A stretch of DNA of 62,031 nt, counting the filler. It is 3 parts of 3 records of this genome, joined end to end, with 100 filler letters (N's around TTAATTAATTAA, not from the genome) between each part and the next. Parts side by side here need not be neighbours in the genome. Positions count along the whole stretch, not along the records: positions 44,645 to 62,031 come from SRR20825019_2939; 2 more parts are not named here. One strand, 5' to 3'. Shown here piece after piece: positions 48,917 through 60,404 of the stretch. The notes under the pieces are model-generated. The model saw only the letters and a program-made list of their open reading frames with translations. It was not told where the DNA came from and ran no database searches. The position numbers were made by a program, and so were the translations under genes. The first letter of the stretch is position 1. Each line of letters starts with the position of its first letter.

Positions 48917-50316
48917 GCATTCCATCCTGCGATTTCGAAAGGGTGAGACCAACGCCCTTCCCGCTCCAGCCTATCGGCAAGCGCCAGAAGCAGGGCCTCA
49001 TTACCCATCGGTGCGAAAATCTGCACCGGCAGCGGCAATCCTTGCGAATCCGCTCCGAATGGCAGCGTTATTGCCGGAAAACCCGAAAGGTTGGCAAGAG
49101 CAGCCAGTGGCGCAAATGCGCGCATCCTCTCGAAATGTGCTTCGGTATCTTCATGATCGGCGGGAAATGCGCCGACCGGTTTGGGTTGAGATGTCAGCAT
49201 CGGAGCGATCAGACAATCAATATCCTCAAAAAAACACCAGAAATCACGCGCAATAAACGCCATACTGTTAATCAGCGACCACACCTGTTCGCCGCTCATC
49301 GACCGGCCACGTTCAACAACGGCCCGTGTCATCCGCTCGGTTTTTGAAAGATCCAGCGAGAATCGGCTGGCAGAGTGTGCCAGATTAATCGCGGCGATCC
49401 CTGCAAATGCGTCCGCTGCCATCTTCGCAGGGCCTTCGATATCGCGCCATGCAACGGAGCGAATGCTGTGACCATCGGCCTCCAGTGATTGCGCGGCGGC
49501 TTCCAGCACAACAAGCCGTGCCGGATCGCATGGCGTACCGGAACCGGTTTCAGCCAGCAGGCCAATGCGTAAACCGCTGCGCTTAGTCTGCCTGAAGTCT
49601 GGCGGAGGAAACGGCCCGTGCGCATTGCCGGAAACAGCAGAAAAAACGGCACTGGCATCGCGCACCGATCGGCAGATGGCAAGTTCTGTTGCAATGCCGC
49701 CGAGATGGTTCCCGTAGTTCGGCCCGGCGGACATTGCACCACGCGAGGGCTTCAGGCCGACAAGCCCGCAACAGGCGGCGGGCACGCGGATAGAACCGCC
49801 TGCATCCGTGGCATGGGCAATCGAAACGATGCCTGACGCGACTGCAGAAGCGGCGCCACCGGATGACCCGCCAGGGGAAAGAGAGGTATCGAGAGGATTG
49901 TTACAGACAGGCCCTTTTTGCGGCTCGCTCGCCAGAGACAGCCCGAATTCCGGACTTGTCGTCAGTCCGAAGGGCAAAAAACCCGCCGCCCGGAATCGTG
50001 CGGCAAGATCGCTGTCGGCTGAAGCATCAGCACCTTTCAGCGCGCGCGAACCAGCTTCAACCGGAAAACCTTTGAACGGACCGCCAAGGTCTTTGACAAG
50101 GGTGGGCACTCCGCCAAACGGTATATTTGCCTTTTCATCGGCTTCAAGCGCGTCAAAACGGTCGGCAGCGGCCAGCCCCTGCACACCGTCAGCACGGATG
50201 ACCGCGCCAAGGCATTCATATGAAACCGAAGCGGCAAGCGATGCTTCCATCACCTGCCGCGCCGTTACTTCACCTTTGCCGATTGCAACGGCAAGCGCAG
50301 TCGCATCAGCCTGCAT
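48913..50316 (-). CDS. Amidase-signature family enzyme
   Basis: VKDL (Lys), GGSSGG, DAGGSIR.PA: Ser-cisSer-Lys triad positions present. Confidence 0.92.
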   Translation of the reverse strand: MQADATALAVAIGKGEVTARQVMEASLAASVSYECLGAVIRADGVQGLAAADRFDALEADEKANIPFGGVPTLVKDLGGPFKGFPVEAGSRALKGADASADSDLAARFRAAGFLPFGLTTSPEFGLSLASEPQKGPVCNNPLDTSLSPGGSSGGAASAVASGIVSIAHATDAGGSIRVPAACCGLVGLKPSRGAMSAGPNYGNHLGGIATELAICRSVRDASAVFSAVSGNAHGPFPPPDFRQTKRSGLRIGLLAETGSGTPCDPARLVVLEAAAQSLEADGHSIRSVAWRDIEGPAKMAADAFAGIAAINLAHSASRFSLDLSKTERMTRAVVERGRSMSGEQVWSLINSMAFIARDFWCFFEDIDCLIAPMLTSQPKPVGAFPADHEDTEAHFERMRAFAPLAALANLSGFPAITLPFGADSQGLPLPVQIFAPMGNEALLLALADRLEREGRWSHPFEIAGWNA

Positions 50317-50325
50317 GGACGTTCC

Positions 50326-51312
50326 TTACTTCGGCTCGTCCATGTTGCGCGGAACCTCAAAGGTGCCGTCGATGATCTCCTGGCGGGTGGCGAGCATGGC
50401 CTCAACGGCTTCCGGCGAAGCAACGCCTTCAACGAAGGCAATGTCGCTGCCGCCTTCCTTCAACATACCGTAGGCGGTGTAGTTCTTGCCGACAGGGTTT
50501 CCGGCCGCAGCATCGGCAACCGCCGCATCGAGGATCGGACGGAAGCCCCAGAGCGCGTTGGCAAAGACGGTATCGGGATAGCGCGGCGTGTAATCGATCA
50601 GCGAACCGACGGCGAGAATGTCGCGCTCCTTGGCCGCGTCGGCGGTGCCGATACGTTCACCGAAAAGAATATCCGCGCCCTGGTCAATCTGGGCGAGACC
50701 GGCTTCCCGCGCCTTCGGCGGATCGAAGAAGGTGCCGATGAAAGTCACATTATGCTCGGCATCCGGGTTGGTGGCCTTCACGCCCTCGGCGAAGGCGTTG
50801 ATCAGCATGTTGACCTCCGGGATCGGCATCGCGCCGACCGAACCGACCTTGTTGGTTTCTGTCAGCGTTCCGGCAAGCATACCGGCCAGATAGGCACCGT
50901 CCTGGTTCCAGGTGCCGAAAACGCCGAAATTATCGCCAGAGGGACCGCCGGAAGACCCCATGACGAAAGGGGTTTCCGGATAGTCGGCGGCCACTTCGCG
51001 GGCTTCGGACTCAACGGCATAGGATTCGCCGATGATCAAGTCGACACCCTGCTCGGCATACTCACGCATGGCACGCGGATAGTCCGTACCTGAAACACTC
51101 TCGGAGAAAACATATTCGATGTCACCTTCTTCAGCCGCCTCCAGAAGAGCCTGATGCATGACCGAATTCCACGCATTTTCAACCGGAGAGGCGTGGATCG
51201 CTGCAACCTTGAACTTTTCCTGGGCTTCGGCCATCGGCGCAAGCGAAGCGACCCCGAGAACAATGCCCGAAACGAGCAGACAACGGCGCGTGAACATGAA
51301 TTTTCCTGACAT
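50326..51312 (-). CDS. BMP-family ABC substrate-binding protein
   Basis: Signal peptide; YLAGMLAG, NAF..G, TFFDP.K.REA; first gene of the operon. Confidence 0.9.
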   Translation of the reverse strand: MSGKFMFTRRCLLVSGIVLGVASLAPMAEAQEKFKVAAIHASPVENAWNSVMHQALLEAAEEGDIEYVFSESVSGTDYPRAMREYAEQGVDLIIGESYAVESEAREVAADYPETPFVMGSSGGPSGDNFGVFGTWNQDGAYLAGMLAGTLTETNKVGSVGAMPIPEVNMLINAFAEGVKATNPDAEHNVTFIGTFFDPPKAREAGLAQIDQGADILFGERIGTADAAKERDILAVGSLIDYTPRYPDTVFANALWGFRPILDAAVADAAAGNPVGKNYTAYGMLKEGGSDIAFVEGVASPEAVEAMLATRQEIIDGTFEVPRNMDEPK

Positions 51313-51329
51313 TGCTGGAGGTTCCCTCT

Positions 51330-51374
51330 TTGACCAACTGGTCGAAAATTAGGCTGTGCTTAATAGAGTGTCAA
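51330..51374 (-). promoter_or_regulatory. Sigma70 promoter with adjacent RutR-like operator
   Basis: Minus-strand TTGACA (51369-74), 17 nt, TAATTT (51346-51); TTGACCA-ac-TGGTCGA at 51330-51345. Confidence 0.72.
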
Positions 51375-51560
51375 GCATATCGAATGCTTAGAATTTAAGC
51401 TTAAATTAAGTTTATCAATTCTTTTCAAATAGATAGGTCATGAGCCCGGAATACCGAAAAAGTTTGAACTTCTGTTGAGAACAGACTTTCCTGTGTTGGT
51501 TCAGTGTCCACCGGCCTTTGAGGCTGGCGGGAAATACCTGGCTGAGCCCGGATCACCTGC

Positions 51561-52409
51561 TCAAAGGCGCGCCTGCATGGCCTCACGCCGGGCGGTGCGG
51601 TATGTCGAATAGGCGAAAACGATAATGAAAGCCGCCGCCAGAAGAAGCACGATGGTAGGAGCTGGCGCGCTGTCGATGAAGAATGACAGATAGATCCCCA
51701 GGAACGATGAAATCACGGCAATGATCACGGACAGGATCAGCATGGCCGAGAATTTTTGCGTCAGCAGAAAGGCGATGGCTCCGGGCGCAATCATCATCGC
51801 AATCGCCAGAATGATGCCGACCGCCTTCAGCGCCGCCACAACCGTGAGCGAGATCATGCACAAAAGGCCGTAATGCAGAAAATTGACCCTGAGCCCGACA
51901 GCACGCGCCTGTGCGGGATCGAAGGCGTGCAACAGAAAATCCTTCCACTTGAATGAAAGGACACCCGCGACAAGAACGGAAATCAACGTCGTCTCGACAA
52001 TATCGCCCCAGGAAACGCCAAGCATGTCGCCAAAGAGAATATGGTCGAGATGGACCGATGACTGGATTTTCACATACATGACAAGCCCCAGCCCGAACAT
52101 GCCGGAAAAGACGATGCCCATCACCGTATCCTGTTTGATCCGGCTGTTTTCGCTCAGATAGCCGGTTGCCAGTGCACAGGCCATGCCCGCCACAAACGCG
52201 CCTATGGCATAGGGAAAGCCGACGATATAAGCGATAACGACGCCAGGAAAAACAGCGTGTGATATGGCATCGCCCATCAGCGACCAGCCTTTTAGCACCA
52301 GAAAGCAGGATAAAAGCGCCATCGGCACGGCAACGATGGTCGAGATGATCAGAGCATGAATCATGAATTCGAACTGAAACGGCATCAGCAGCATTTCGAT
52401 CAGGCTCAT
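51561..52409 (-). CDS. sitD: Mn/Fe ABC permease
   Basis: SLMGDAISHAVFPG, HLDHILFG, FDP. Confidence 0.9.
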   Translation of the reverse strand: MSLIEMLLMPFQFEFMIHALIISTIVAVPMALLSCFLVLKGWSLMGDAISHAVFPGVVIAYIVGFPYAIGAFVAGMACALATGYLSENSRIKQDTVMGIVFSGMFGLGLVMYVKIQSSVHLDHILFGDMLGVSWGDIVETTLISVLVAGVLSFKWKDFLLHAFDPAQARAVGLRVNFLHYGLLCMISLTVVAALKAVGIILAIAMMIAPGAIAFLLTQKFSAMLILSVIIAVISSFLGIYLSFFIDSAPAPTIVLLLAAAFIIVFAYSTYRTARREAMQARL

Positions 52410-53263
52410 TGGCTTGTCTCCAGCGCTTGTCTGGCGCGGCGTTTTGCCGCCCGAAGCCCGTGCTTGGGAGCAAAAACAAAGGCCATCAGGAAAATGAGCG
52501 TTTGCAGCACAACAATGATGCCACCGGTTGCACCATCGAGAAAATAGCTCACATAGGCACCGAAAAAACTTGTCAGCGTACCGATTGCCACAGCCAGAAC
52601 CAGAAGACGCGGGAACCGGTCGGTCAGAAGATAGGCCGTGGCACCGGGTGTGACGACCATGCAGATAACCAGAAAGGCGCCCACTGTCTGCAATGCGGCA
52701 ACGGTGGAGGCGGCCAGAAGCGTGAAGAAGATCGCCTTCAACAGTCCCGGCCGCAAGCCGATGGAACGCGCATGGTTTTCGTCAAAGAAAGTCACCATCA
52801 TGTCCTTCCACTTGAACAGAAGGATCGCCAGCGAAACGAAGCCGATAATGGCAAGCTGCAATGTATCTTCCGGCGTAATCGCCAGGATATTGCCAAGCAC
52901 AATGGTCTGGATGTTAACCGATGTTGGTGAAACCGAAGCCATGAACAGGCCAAGGCCGAAGAAGGACGAGAAAATCAATCCGATGATCGCATCTTCCTTC
53001 AGCTTGGTGCGCTGATTGAGAAACAGCATGGCTGCGGCTGCAAGCCCGCCGGAAAAGAACGCACCAAGGGAAAACGGCAGGCCCAGCATGAAAGCACCGG
53101 CCACGCCCGGTACGATGGAATGAGACAGCGCATCGCCAATCAGAGACCAGCCTTTGAGCATCAGAAAACAGGACAGAAAGGCACAAACCCCACCCACCAG
53201 CGCCGACACCCACATGGCATTGGTCATGTAATGATAGGAAAACGGCTCGATGAGGACGGACAT
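52406..53263 (-). CDS. sitC: Mn/Fe ABC permease
   Basis: SLIGDALSHSIVPG, KEDAIIG, LQTVGA. Confidence 0.9.
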   Translation of the reverse strand: MSVLIEPFSYHYMTNAMWVSALVGGVCAFLSCFLMLKGWSLIGDALSHSIVPGVAGAFMLGLPFSLGAFFSGGLAAAAMLFLNQRTKLKEDAIIGLIFSSFFGLGLFMASVSPTSVNIQTIVLGNILAITPEDTLQLAIIGFVSLAILLFKWKDMMVTFFDENHARSIGLRPGLLKAIFFTLLAASTVAALQTVGAFLVICMVVTPGATAYLLTDRFPRLLVLAVAIGTLTSFFGAYVSYFLDGATGGIIVVLQTLIFLMAFVFAPKHGLRAAKRRARQALETSQ

Positions 53264-54168
53264 CAGCCTTCGCCCTCCGCCTGCCTGTCCTCGTCGCGTT
53301 TCTGCGCGATGCCACCGCGAATAATCAACGGGCGCTCATCGTCACTGAAAACACCGACCGGATTTTGCCGCCCGTTCTGCCCGCCATTGAGCATGAAGTG
53401 GCGCAGAACGCCGCCAAACGCCTCGCTCAGATTGGCCTCGGTAAAGATTTCCGCCGTCGGGCCGTAGGCGAGCACCGTGCCCTTGACCAGAACAGTCCGG
53501 TCACAGAACTCCGGAACCGACCCCAGATTATGGGTTGAAACCAGCATCACCCGGCCTTCATCTCTCAGGTCACGCAGGAGCTTGATGATCTGATCCTCGG
53601 TCTTGACGTCAACGCCGGTAAACGGCTCGTCCAGCAGGATCACCCGGCCATCCTGTGCCAGTGCGCGTGCCAGAAACACACGCTTTTTCTGACCGCCGGA
53701 CAATTCGCCAATCTGACGGTGCCGAAACTCGTTCATGTTGACACGAGTAAGCGCCTTGTCGACGGCGTCGTGATCAGCTTTCTTTGCACGGCGTAGCGGC
53801 CCCATATGACCATAACGCCCCATCATCACCACGTCTTCAACGAGAACCGGAAAATTCCAGTCGACCTCTTCGCTTTGTGGCACATAGGCGACAAGGTTTT
53901 TCTTCAGCGCTTCTGACACCGGCATGCCGAGAACGGAGATATCCCCCCTGGCCAGCCGGACGAACCCCATGATGGCCTTGAAAATAGTGGATTTTCCTGC
54001 CCCGTTCACACCGACAAGGGCTGTTATTGTGCCGGATGGGACCGCGAACGTCGCATTGCGCAAGGCAGTATGGCCGTTGCGGTAGGTTACAGTCGCATCG
54101 CTGACCGCAATTCCGGTCCTTTCGTTCTGCACTGTCCGCTCCAGATGTCCGTCCGCTGGTCTGTTCAT
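53263..54168 (-). CDS. sitB: Mn/Fe ABC ATPase (start uncertain, up to 54240)
   Basis: [34 protein letters not shown]. Confidence 0.9.
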   Translation of the reverse strand: MNRPADGHLERTVQNERTGIAVSDATVTYRNGHTALRNATFAVPSGTITALVGVNGAGKSTIFKAIMGFVRLARGDISVLGMPVSEALKKNLVAYVPQSEEVDWNFPVLVEDVVMMGRYGHMGPLRRAKKADHDAVDKALTRVNMNEFRHRQIGELSGGQKKRVFLARALAQDGRVILLDEPFTGVDVKTEDQIIKLLRDLRDEGRVMLVSTHNLGSVPEFCDRTVLVKGTVLAYGPTAEIFTEANLSEAFGGVLRHFMLNGGQNGRQNPVGVFSDDERPLIIRGGIAQKRDEDRQAEGEG

Positions 54169-54251
54169 TCCGGCTATACCCTTTTGCCCGAGAATTCCCC
54201 ACACCGCGCGCCCCGCGTCCGGAACAGCGCTGGAATTCATTTGCCCATAAC

Positions 54252-55172
54252 TTATGGCTTGGATGCGAGACCCTTTGCAATCCGGTTCGATGTAACCTTT
54301 AAAAGTTCGACATAGGTGGGAACCGGGCCATCAGCTTCGCTGAGTGAATCCACATAAAGAACACCGCCATATTTCGCACCGGTTTCGCGTGCGACCTGCT
54401 TCGCCGGTGCAGGTGAAATCGTGCTTTCGGAGAAAACCACCGGGATATTGTTTTCGCGAACGACATCAATGACATGACGAACCTGCTGAGGCGTGCCCTG
54501 CTGATCGGCATTGATCGGCCAAAGATAAAGTTCCTCAAGACCGAAATCACGCGCCAGATAGGAAAACGCGCCTTCGCTCGTCACCAGCCAGCGCTTTTCT
54601 TCTGGCACGGTGTCGATTTCCGTCTGGATTGGACCAACGATGGCGCGAATGTCTTCCTTGTAGGCTTCAGCATTGGCTTTGTAGGTGGCGGCATTATCCG
54701 GGTCATATTCCATGAAGGCATCGCGGATATTGTCCACATAGATCAACGCCGAGGTCGGCGACATCCAGGCATGAGGGTTCGGTTTACCCTCATACGGTCC
54801 CGACGAAATGCTCATGGGCTCGACCCCATCGGAGACAACAACACTGGGCACATCATCGAGATTCTGGAAGAATTTCTCGAACCAGAGTTCCAGATCAAGC
54901 CCGTTCCACAGGATCAGGTCAGCCCCTTGCGCACGCATGATATCGCGCGGCGTTGGCGCGTAGTTGTGGATCTCCGCGCCCGGTTTGGTGATCGATTCCA
55001 CAATCGCGGCATCACCTGCAACATTCTGCGCAATGTCGGCAATCACAGTAAAAGTGGTCACGGCCTTGAACTTGCCATCCTCGGCAGCTGTTACCGGCAG
55101 CACGGCCGCCACGGTCATAAAGGCCGTTGCCAGAATGACCTTGAGAACCGATCGCCTCACTTTATCAGACAT
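54252..55172 (-). CDS. sitA: Mn/Fe ABC substrate-binding protein
   Basis: GAEIH.Y, NPHAW, SEGAF, VDSLS (His/His/Glu/Asp ligands); AGGAG RBS. Confidence 0.92.
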   Translation of the reverse strand: MSDKVRRSVLKVILATAFMTVAAVLPVTAAEDGKFKAVTTFTVIADIAQNVAGDAAIVESITKPGAEIHNYAPTPRDIMRAQGADLILWNGLDLELWFEKFFQNLDDVPSVVVSDGVEPMSISSGPYEGKPNPHAWMSPTSALIYVDNIRDAFMEYDPDNAATYKANAEAYKEDIRAIVGPIQTEIDTVPEEKRWLVTSEGAFSYLARDFGLEELYLWPINADQQGTPQQVRHVIDVVRENNIPVVFSESTISPAPAKQVARETGAKYGGVLYVDSLSEADGPVPTYVELLKVTSNRIAKGLASKP

Positions 55173-55230
55173 ATATCTCTCCTGTTGCAGATCCATTCGA
55201 TGCACCACCGATCAACGTAGCCATCAATAG

Positions 55231-55251
55231 TGCAATTAAGAATTATTTGCA
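55231..55251. promoter_or_regulatory. Mur/Fur-type operator upstream of sitA
   Basis: TGCAATT-N7-ATTTGCA, the 7-N7-7 form of rhizobial Mur-responsive sequences. Confidence 0.78.
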
Positions 55252-55272
55252 ACAAGAGACAATTGAAGCAGA

Positions 55273-55314
55273 CGAAAAGGTTCCGGCGACCATAAGATCA
55301 CCGGAGCCTTTTCG
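55273..55314. terminator. Terminator after the aldehyde dehydrogenase
   Basis: CGAAAAGGTTCCGG/CCGGAGCCTTTTCG. Confidence 0.75.
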
Positions 55315-55377
55315 GAAAGCACGATGCGAAGATTCGATAGGTTAGAGCTCCGTGTGTCCGAAGGGACGTACGCAACT

Positions 55378-56907
55378 CTAGCGATGGTGGCGCAAAGCCT
55401 CAGGCAGAAGTGCGACAGGCATATCCTGATAGGAGACCGGGCGCAGGAAGCGATCAATCGCCATGGTGCCAACAGACGTCGTGCGCCCATCCGAGGTTGC
55501 CGGATAAGGCCCGCCATGGACCATTGCCGGTGATACCTCAACGCCAGTACCAAAACCGTTGACGAGCAATCGGCCCGCCAGCATTTCAAGCTTCGGCATC
55601 AGTTTTGCAGCAGCCGGATGATCGGCTTCTGCAATATGCAGGGCCACAGTCAGCTGTCCTTCCAGGCTGTCAATGACAGTTTCGAGTTCGGCAAGATCGG
55701 CACATTTAACGATCAGCCCAGCGCCACCGAACACTTCATCATGAAGGCTCTTGTCGGCAAGGAAGGCAGAAGCCGTCGTTTCAAACAATGCCGCCTGACC
55801 CTGCTGGTCGTTGCCTTCCTGACCTTTGGCGAGTTGCGTGACGTCACTGTGGCCGACCAGTTTTGCAACGCCATCACGATAAGCCTTGCAGATACCGGAG
55901 GTCAGCATGGTCTGGGCCGGGACAGCCTTGAGTGCCTCGACGGCACCGGCCTTGAACTGTTCGAGGCCCTCTCCCTCAACAGCCAGAATGAGGCCCGGAT
56001 TGGTACAGAACTGACCGGCCCCGAGAGTAAGCGACCCGGCGAAAGCCTCGCCAATCCTTGCTGCACGGGCTTTCAGCGCCTGCGGGAACAGTAAAACGGG
56101 GTTGATTGCGCTCATTTCTGCATAGACAGGGATCGGCACATCGCGTTTTGCGGCAATGTCCATCAGCGCCAACCCACCCTTGCGCGATCCGGTGAAACCA
56201 ACGGCGCGAATGAGTGGGTGAGCAACAAGTGCGCCGCCGATTTCATAACCGGTATCGTGCAGCATTGAGAACGTACCTTCTGGCATGGCGCACTCGATTA
56301 CCGCCTTTTGCAGCGCTCGGGCGATAAGCTCCGATGTGCCGGGATGGGCCGGATGCGCCTTGACCACGACCGGGCAACCGGCAGCCAGTGCAGATGCGGT
56401 ATCGCCGCCGGCGACCGAGAAGGCCAGCGGAAAGTTCGAAGCGCCAAAGACCGCAACCGGGCCAAGCCCGGTTTTGCGAAGCCTGAGATCCGGCTTCGGC
56501 GGTGTGCGGTCGGCGTCAGCCGGATCGAAACGCAGGTCCTGGAATGTACCGTCACGAACAACGCGGGCAAACAGGCGCAACTGATTGATGGTGCGCATAC
56601 GCTCACCTTCAAGCCTTCCGCGCGGCAGACCGCTCTCGGCCATGGCGCGTTCGATCAATTCGTCGCCGATAGCAAAAATGTTGTCTGCAGCTTTTTCCAG
56701 AAAAGCGGCACGCGCTTCAGGCGCCGTTTCGCGATAGACGAAAAAGGCATCCCAGGCCAGTTCGGTCGCAGCATCCAGATCGGCAGCTGTTGCACCGCCG
56801 AAGACACCTTCCAGCGCTTCGCCAGTGGCGGCGGCGATGGCCGTCAATGTACCGTTTTCGCCCTTCAGGGTTTTATTGCCGATAAACAGTTCGCCGGTGA
56901 TCGTCAT
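55378..56907 (-). CDS. Alpha-ketoglutaric semialdehyde dehydrogenase-type ALDH
   Basis: [45 protein letters not shown]; start MTIT at 56907. Confidence 0.9.
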   Translation of the reverse strand: MTITGELFIGNKTLKGENGTLTAIAAATGEALEGVFGGATAADLDAATELAWDAFFVYRETAPEARAAFLEKAADNIFAIGDELIERAMAESGLPRGRLEGERMRTINQLRLFARVVRDGTFQDLRFDPADADRTPPKPDLRLRKTGLGPVAVFGASNFPLAFSVAGGDTASALAAGCPVVVKAHPAHPGTSELIARALQKAVIECAMPEGTFSMLHDTGYEIGGALVAHPLIRAVGFTGSRKGGLALMDIAAKRDVPIPVYAEMSAINPVLLFPQALKARAARIGEAFAGSLTLGAGQFCTNPGLILAVEGEGLEQFKAGAVEALKAVPAQTMLTSGICKAYRDGVAKLVGHSDVTQLAKGQEGNDQQGQAALFETTASAFLADKSLHDEVFGGAGLIVKCADLAELETVIDSLEGQLTVALHIAEADHPAAAKLMPKLEMLAGRLLVNGFGTGVEVSPAMVHGGPYPATSDGRTTSVGTMAIDRFLRPVSYQDMPVALLPEALRHHR

Positions 56908-56926
56908 TGGTGATTCCTCGTCTGTT

Positions 56927-57961
56927 TCATTTCGTTTTGAGGGCCTTGGCCCGTGCCTTGAGTTCCTCAAGCACATTCGGTTTGACCGGCATGGTGCCGG
57001 ATCTTTCATTGCGCGCACGCGCTACATAGCGGCGGGCAGAAGGAATGCGCGCGCCCTGCCCCTCGATGGCATCGAACAGCCCTTCTCCGCGCTTCAGGTT
57101 TGCCATTGCCGCCGCCCCGAGGAAGGATTTCGGATCGAGTGCAATAATCAGTTCGCCATGAAGCGGCGTAACTTTCGCGCCGTCATCAAAGGCCATCGAT
57201 TCAGCGCTCGTCATGTCACCGATCAGCGGTCCGGCGAGAAGCTCGATCATGGCTGAAAGCGCCGACCCCTTATGCCCGCCAAATGTCAGCATCGCGCCGC
57301 CAATGGCGGCTTCGGGATCTGTGGTCGGCTTGCCATCGGCATCAATCGCAGCGCCTTCCGGCAGCGGCGTTCCGGCACGGCGATGCAACTCGATATCGCC
57401 ACGGGCAATGGCCGAGGTGGCAAAATCAAAGACAAAGGGATGTTTTTCCGGCCGGGGCCAGCCAAAGGCGAAGGGATTTGTGCCGAAAACCGGCTTCGTG
57501 CCACCGGCAGGCGCCACCCACGCATGACTGACGGTCGTGGCGATGCCAACGAGACCCTTCTCAGCGATTATCTCAACCTCCGGCCACAGCGCGGAAAAAT
57601 GGAAGCAGTTGTTGATCGCCATTGCCGCAATACCGCAACTTGTCGCCTTTTCCGCAAGCTTTGGAAGGCCCGCCTCAAAACCGGACAAGGAAACACCGCG
57701 GCGGGAATCGACACGCACGATTGCGGGCGCTCGATCTTCGACGACCGGTTCGGCCAAGGGGTCAACCTGTCCGCGTTCGATCAGTTCGCAGCAGCTGATC
57801 AGCCGGTAAAGCCCGTGCGAATGGCATTCGTCCATCTGCGCGCGCACGACACATTCGGTAACGGTGCGGGCATGATCTGCCGAATAACCCGCCGCCTCAA
57901 GCAGGTTCTGCCCAAGTGCCAGAGCCTCATCTTTGGAAATTCGCGCAAAATCTTCAGCCAT
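56927..57961 (-). CDS. Ldh_2-family oxidoreductase, likely delta1-pyrroline-2-carboxylate reductase (DpkA-like)
   Basis: SHGLYR, HFSALW, GTNPFAF, DFATS, FGGHKG. Confidence 0.82.
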   Translation of the reverse strand: MAEDFARISKDEALALGQNLLEAAGYSADHARTVTECVVRAQMDECHSHGLYRLISCCELIERGQVDPLAEPVVEDRAPAIVRVDSRRGVSLSGFEAGLPKLAEKATSCGIAAMAINNCFHFSALWPEVEIIAEKGLVGIATTVSHAWVAPAGGTKPVFGTNPFAFGWPRPEKHPFVFDFATSAIARGDIELHRRAGTPLPEGAAIDADGKPTTDPEAAIGGAMLTFGGHKGSALSAMIELLAGPLIGDMTSAESMAFDDGAKVTPLHGELIIALDPKSFLGAAAMANLKRGEGLFDAIEGQGARIPSARRYVARARNERSGTMPVKPNVLEELKARAKALKTK

Positions 57962-58004
57962 ACCGTCTCCCTGCCGTTATGATATTATGATTGCCTGCTC
58001 GGCC

Positions 58005-59000
58005 TTATCGCACCTGAAAACCCTGCCAGAACAGATCTTCATCATCGATGAAAATGGTATTGAAGCCGGTGGAAACCGCCGCCCCTTCTATGGAGGGAAT
58101 GACAGCGTCAAGATCGCCGAGCCTTGTCTCTTCTTCCACTTTGCCGATGAATTTGCTGCCGATATAGCTTTCGTGAACGAATGTATCGCCCGCCTTCAGT
58201 TTATCTTTCGCAGCCAGATGCGCCATGCGGGCAGAGGTGCCGGTTCCACAGGGCGAACGGTCGATCGCGTTGTCGCCGTAAAACACTGCGTTGCGGCCAT
58301 CGCCGCCATGTTTTGGCGCATCGGTCCACATAACATGGGAAACACCGGTGATCGTCGGGTCAAGCGGATGAACAGGCGTGAATTTTTCGCGCACAAGGGC
58401 GCGCACCGTGTTGGAAAGATCGATGATCCGCGAAGCACCGAGATCGTGCAGCCCTTTGTATGCGCCCTGCGGCTCGATGATGGCGTAATAATTGCCGCCA
58501 TAGGCAACATCAAGCGTCAGCGACCCGAAATCCGGCACGTCGATTTCGATCCCGGTTGCTGCCAGGTAGGCGGGCACATTGGTGATTTTCACCGCACTGA
58601 CACGATTGCCATCCTGCTTATAGTCGATGGAGATCAGCCCGGCGGGAACTTCAAGTTTCAGATGCCCCTGCTTTTTCGGCCGGATCAGACCGTTTTCGAG
58701 TGCAAAGGTCACGACCCCGATTGTGCCATGGCCGCACATGGGCAAGCAGCCGCTCGTCTCGATATAAAGAATACCGGCGTCGGTATCGGCGCGCGTCGGC
58801 GGATATAGAAAACCACCCGACATCATGTCGTGTCCGCGCGGCTCGAAACAGAGACCGGTTCGGATCCAGTCGAAGCGCTCCAGAAAGTCCTGACGGCGCT
58901 CCGACATTGAAGCACCCGACAGGAGCGGCGCGCCGCCCGCCACCAGCCGAACCGGATTGCCTGCCGTGTGACCATCTATACAAAAGAATGTACTGCGCAT
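58005..59000 (-). CDS. 4-hydroxyproline 2-epimerase (proline racemase family)
   Basis: DGHTAGNP, EPRGH, MCGH and DRSPCGTG (both catalytic Cys). Confidence 0.9.
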   Translation of the reverse strand: MRSTFFCIDGHTAGNPVRLVAGGAPLLSGASMSERRQDFLERFDWIRTGLCFEPRGHDMMSGGFLYPPTRADTDAGILYIETSGCLPMCGHGTIGVVTFALENGLIRPKKQGHLKLEVPAGLISIDYKQDGNRVSAVKITNVPAYLAATGIEIDVPDFGSLTLDVAYGGNYYAIIEPQGAYKGLHDLGASRIIDLSNTVRALVREKFTPVHPLDPTITGVSHVMWTDAPKHGGDGRNAVFYGDNAIDRSPCGTGTSARMAHLAAKDKLKAGDTFVHESYIGSKFIGKVEEETRLGDLDAVIPSIEGAAVSTGFNTIFIDDEDLFWQGFQVR

Positions 59001-59121
59001 GATCCCGTGTCCCTCGACACAAAAAAGAGGCGAATATCCGATGAAGCGTGATGCACCTCACCGCTTTCAAGAAGAAGGCGCGCCACCGTAACGCGCCTCC
59101 GGCAAACATCAAGCCACCGTA

Positions 59122-60261
59122 TCAGGCGAAAGGTTCGGTCGGGCTTTTGCCGGGCTTGGTAAACCAGATCGGCCCGTCTTCGCCCATATGGATGATGTCT
59201 TCCAGACGAACGCCGAACCTGTCCGGCACAACAGTCATCGGCTCGCTGGAGAAGCACATTCCCGGTTGAAGCTTCATGGCGTTGCCACGAACAATGAATG
59301 GCGCTTCATGAATATCCATGCCAAGGCCGTGACCGGCACGATGAGGCAATCCCGGCAGTTGATAATCAGGTCCGAGGCCATGGGCGGTAATCACCTTGCG
59401 CGCGGCCTCATCCAGTGACTGAGCTGTGGCACCAATCTTTGCAGCATCGAAAACCGCCTGCTGCGCCGCATGTTCGATCGACCAGATGCGGGCAAACGCA
59501 TCCGTGGGTTCGGCCTTCACATAGGTTCGGGTCATATCAGATTGATAGCCTTCCACATTCGTGCCGGTGTCCACCAGAATGATATCGCCTTCGCGATAGG
59601 TCTGGTCGTCGTCAACACCATGCGGCAATGAGGTTGCCGCCCCGAAAGAGCAAATGGCAAAAGTGCTGCCAGAACCGACGATGGCGTGATGTGTTTCATC
59701 TATGAAGCGAACGACTTCGGAAGCCCGCACACCGGGTTCGATCATGGCGTATACGCGTTTGTGCACCTCCAGCGTGGCATCCATGGCATATTGCATGAGG
59801 GCGATTTCGGCCGGTGATTTGACCGCGCGCAGTGCCGCGATGATCGGGCCGCCATCCATCAGGTTTTCCGGTGCAATAACCTTTGCAAGCGCTGAATAGA
59901 CAAAGAATGGCAACGCATCGTCAAGTGCAAGCTTCTTGCCGCCCCCCAGAATTCCGGCAATCAAAGCGGCCGGGTCCTCATGCTCCTGCCAGCCTGCCAT
60001 ATCGCCGTTCAGGCGGGAAAGCGTCTCGATCTTGGAGACCTCGAAGGCAGGAGTGATATAAATCAGACTGTCAGCCGTGATCAATGCGCCGACAAGCCGC
60101 TCGCTCGGATGCCAGTGCAGCCCGGTGAAATAAACAAGACTGGTGGTCGACCCCAGAAGAACGGCATCCGCTCCGGCTTCTTGCATGGCCGCACGCAGAC
60201 GCTTCAGGCGCAGCTGGCGTTCGCTGTGAGAAATCGGCGCGGGGCGTTGGGTCGCAGTCAT
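59122..60261 (-). CDS. Xaa-Pro dipeptidase (M24)
   Basis: Full ligand set DTG..GYQSD.TRT, HRAGHGLG, SEP, RLED. Confidence 0.9.
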   Translation of the reverse strand: MTATQRPAPISHSERQLRLKRLRAAMQEAGADAVLLGSTTSLVYFTGLHWHPSERLVGALITADSLIYITPAFEVSKIETLSRLNGDMAGWQEHEDPAALIAGILGGGKKLALDDALPFFVYSALAKVIAPENLMDGGPIIAALRAVKSPAEIALMQYAMDATLEVHKRVYAMIEPGVRASEVVRFIDETHHAIVGSGSTFAICSFGAATSLPHGVDDDQTYREGDIILVDTGTNVEGYQSDMTRTYVKAEPTDAFARIWSIEHAAQQAVFDAAKIGATAQSLDEAARKVITAHGLGPDYQLPGLPHRAGHGLGMDIHEAPFIVRGNAMKLQPGMCFSSEPMTVVPDRFGVRLEDIIHMGEDGPIWFTKPGKSPTEPFA

Positions 60262-60331
60262 CGCGGCAGCCTCTTTGATTGATGATCTTCGCAGAACAAG
60301 GTCTGTATCTTACCAAAGTTCCTAACATTTG

Positions 60332-60351
60332 TGTCGTCAGTTTGTCGACAA
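60332..60351. promoter_or_regulatory. Candidate GntR/FadR-type operator
   Basis: Palindrome TTGTCGACAA (60342-51) preceded by imperfect copy TGTCGTCA. Confidence 0.5.
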
Positions 60352-60404
60352 TATAATCTTCAGCTTCGACCCGCAAAATCAGAAACCGCCTGTCACGCGC
60401 AGGT

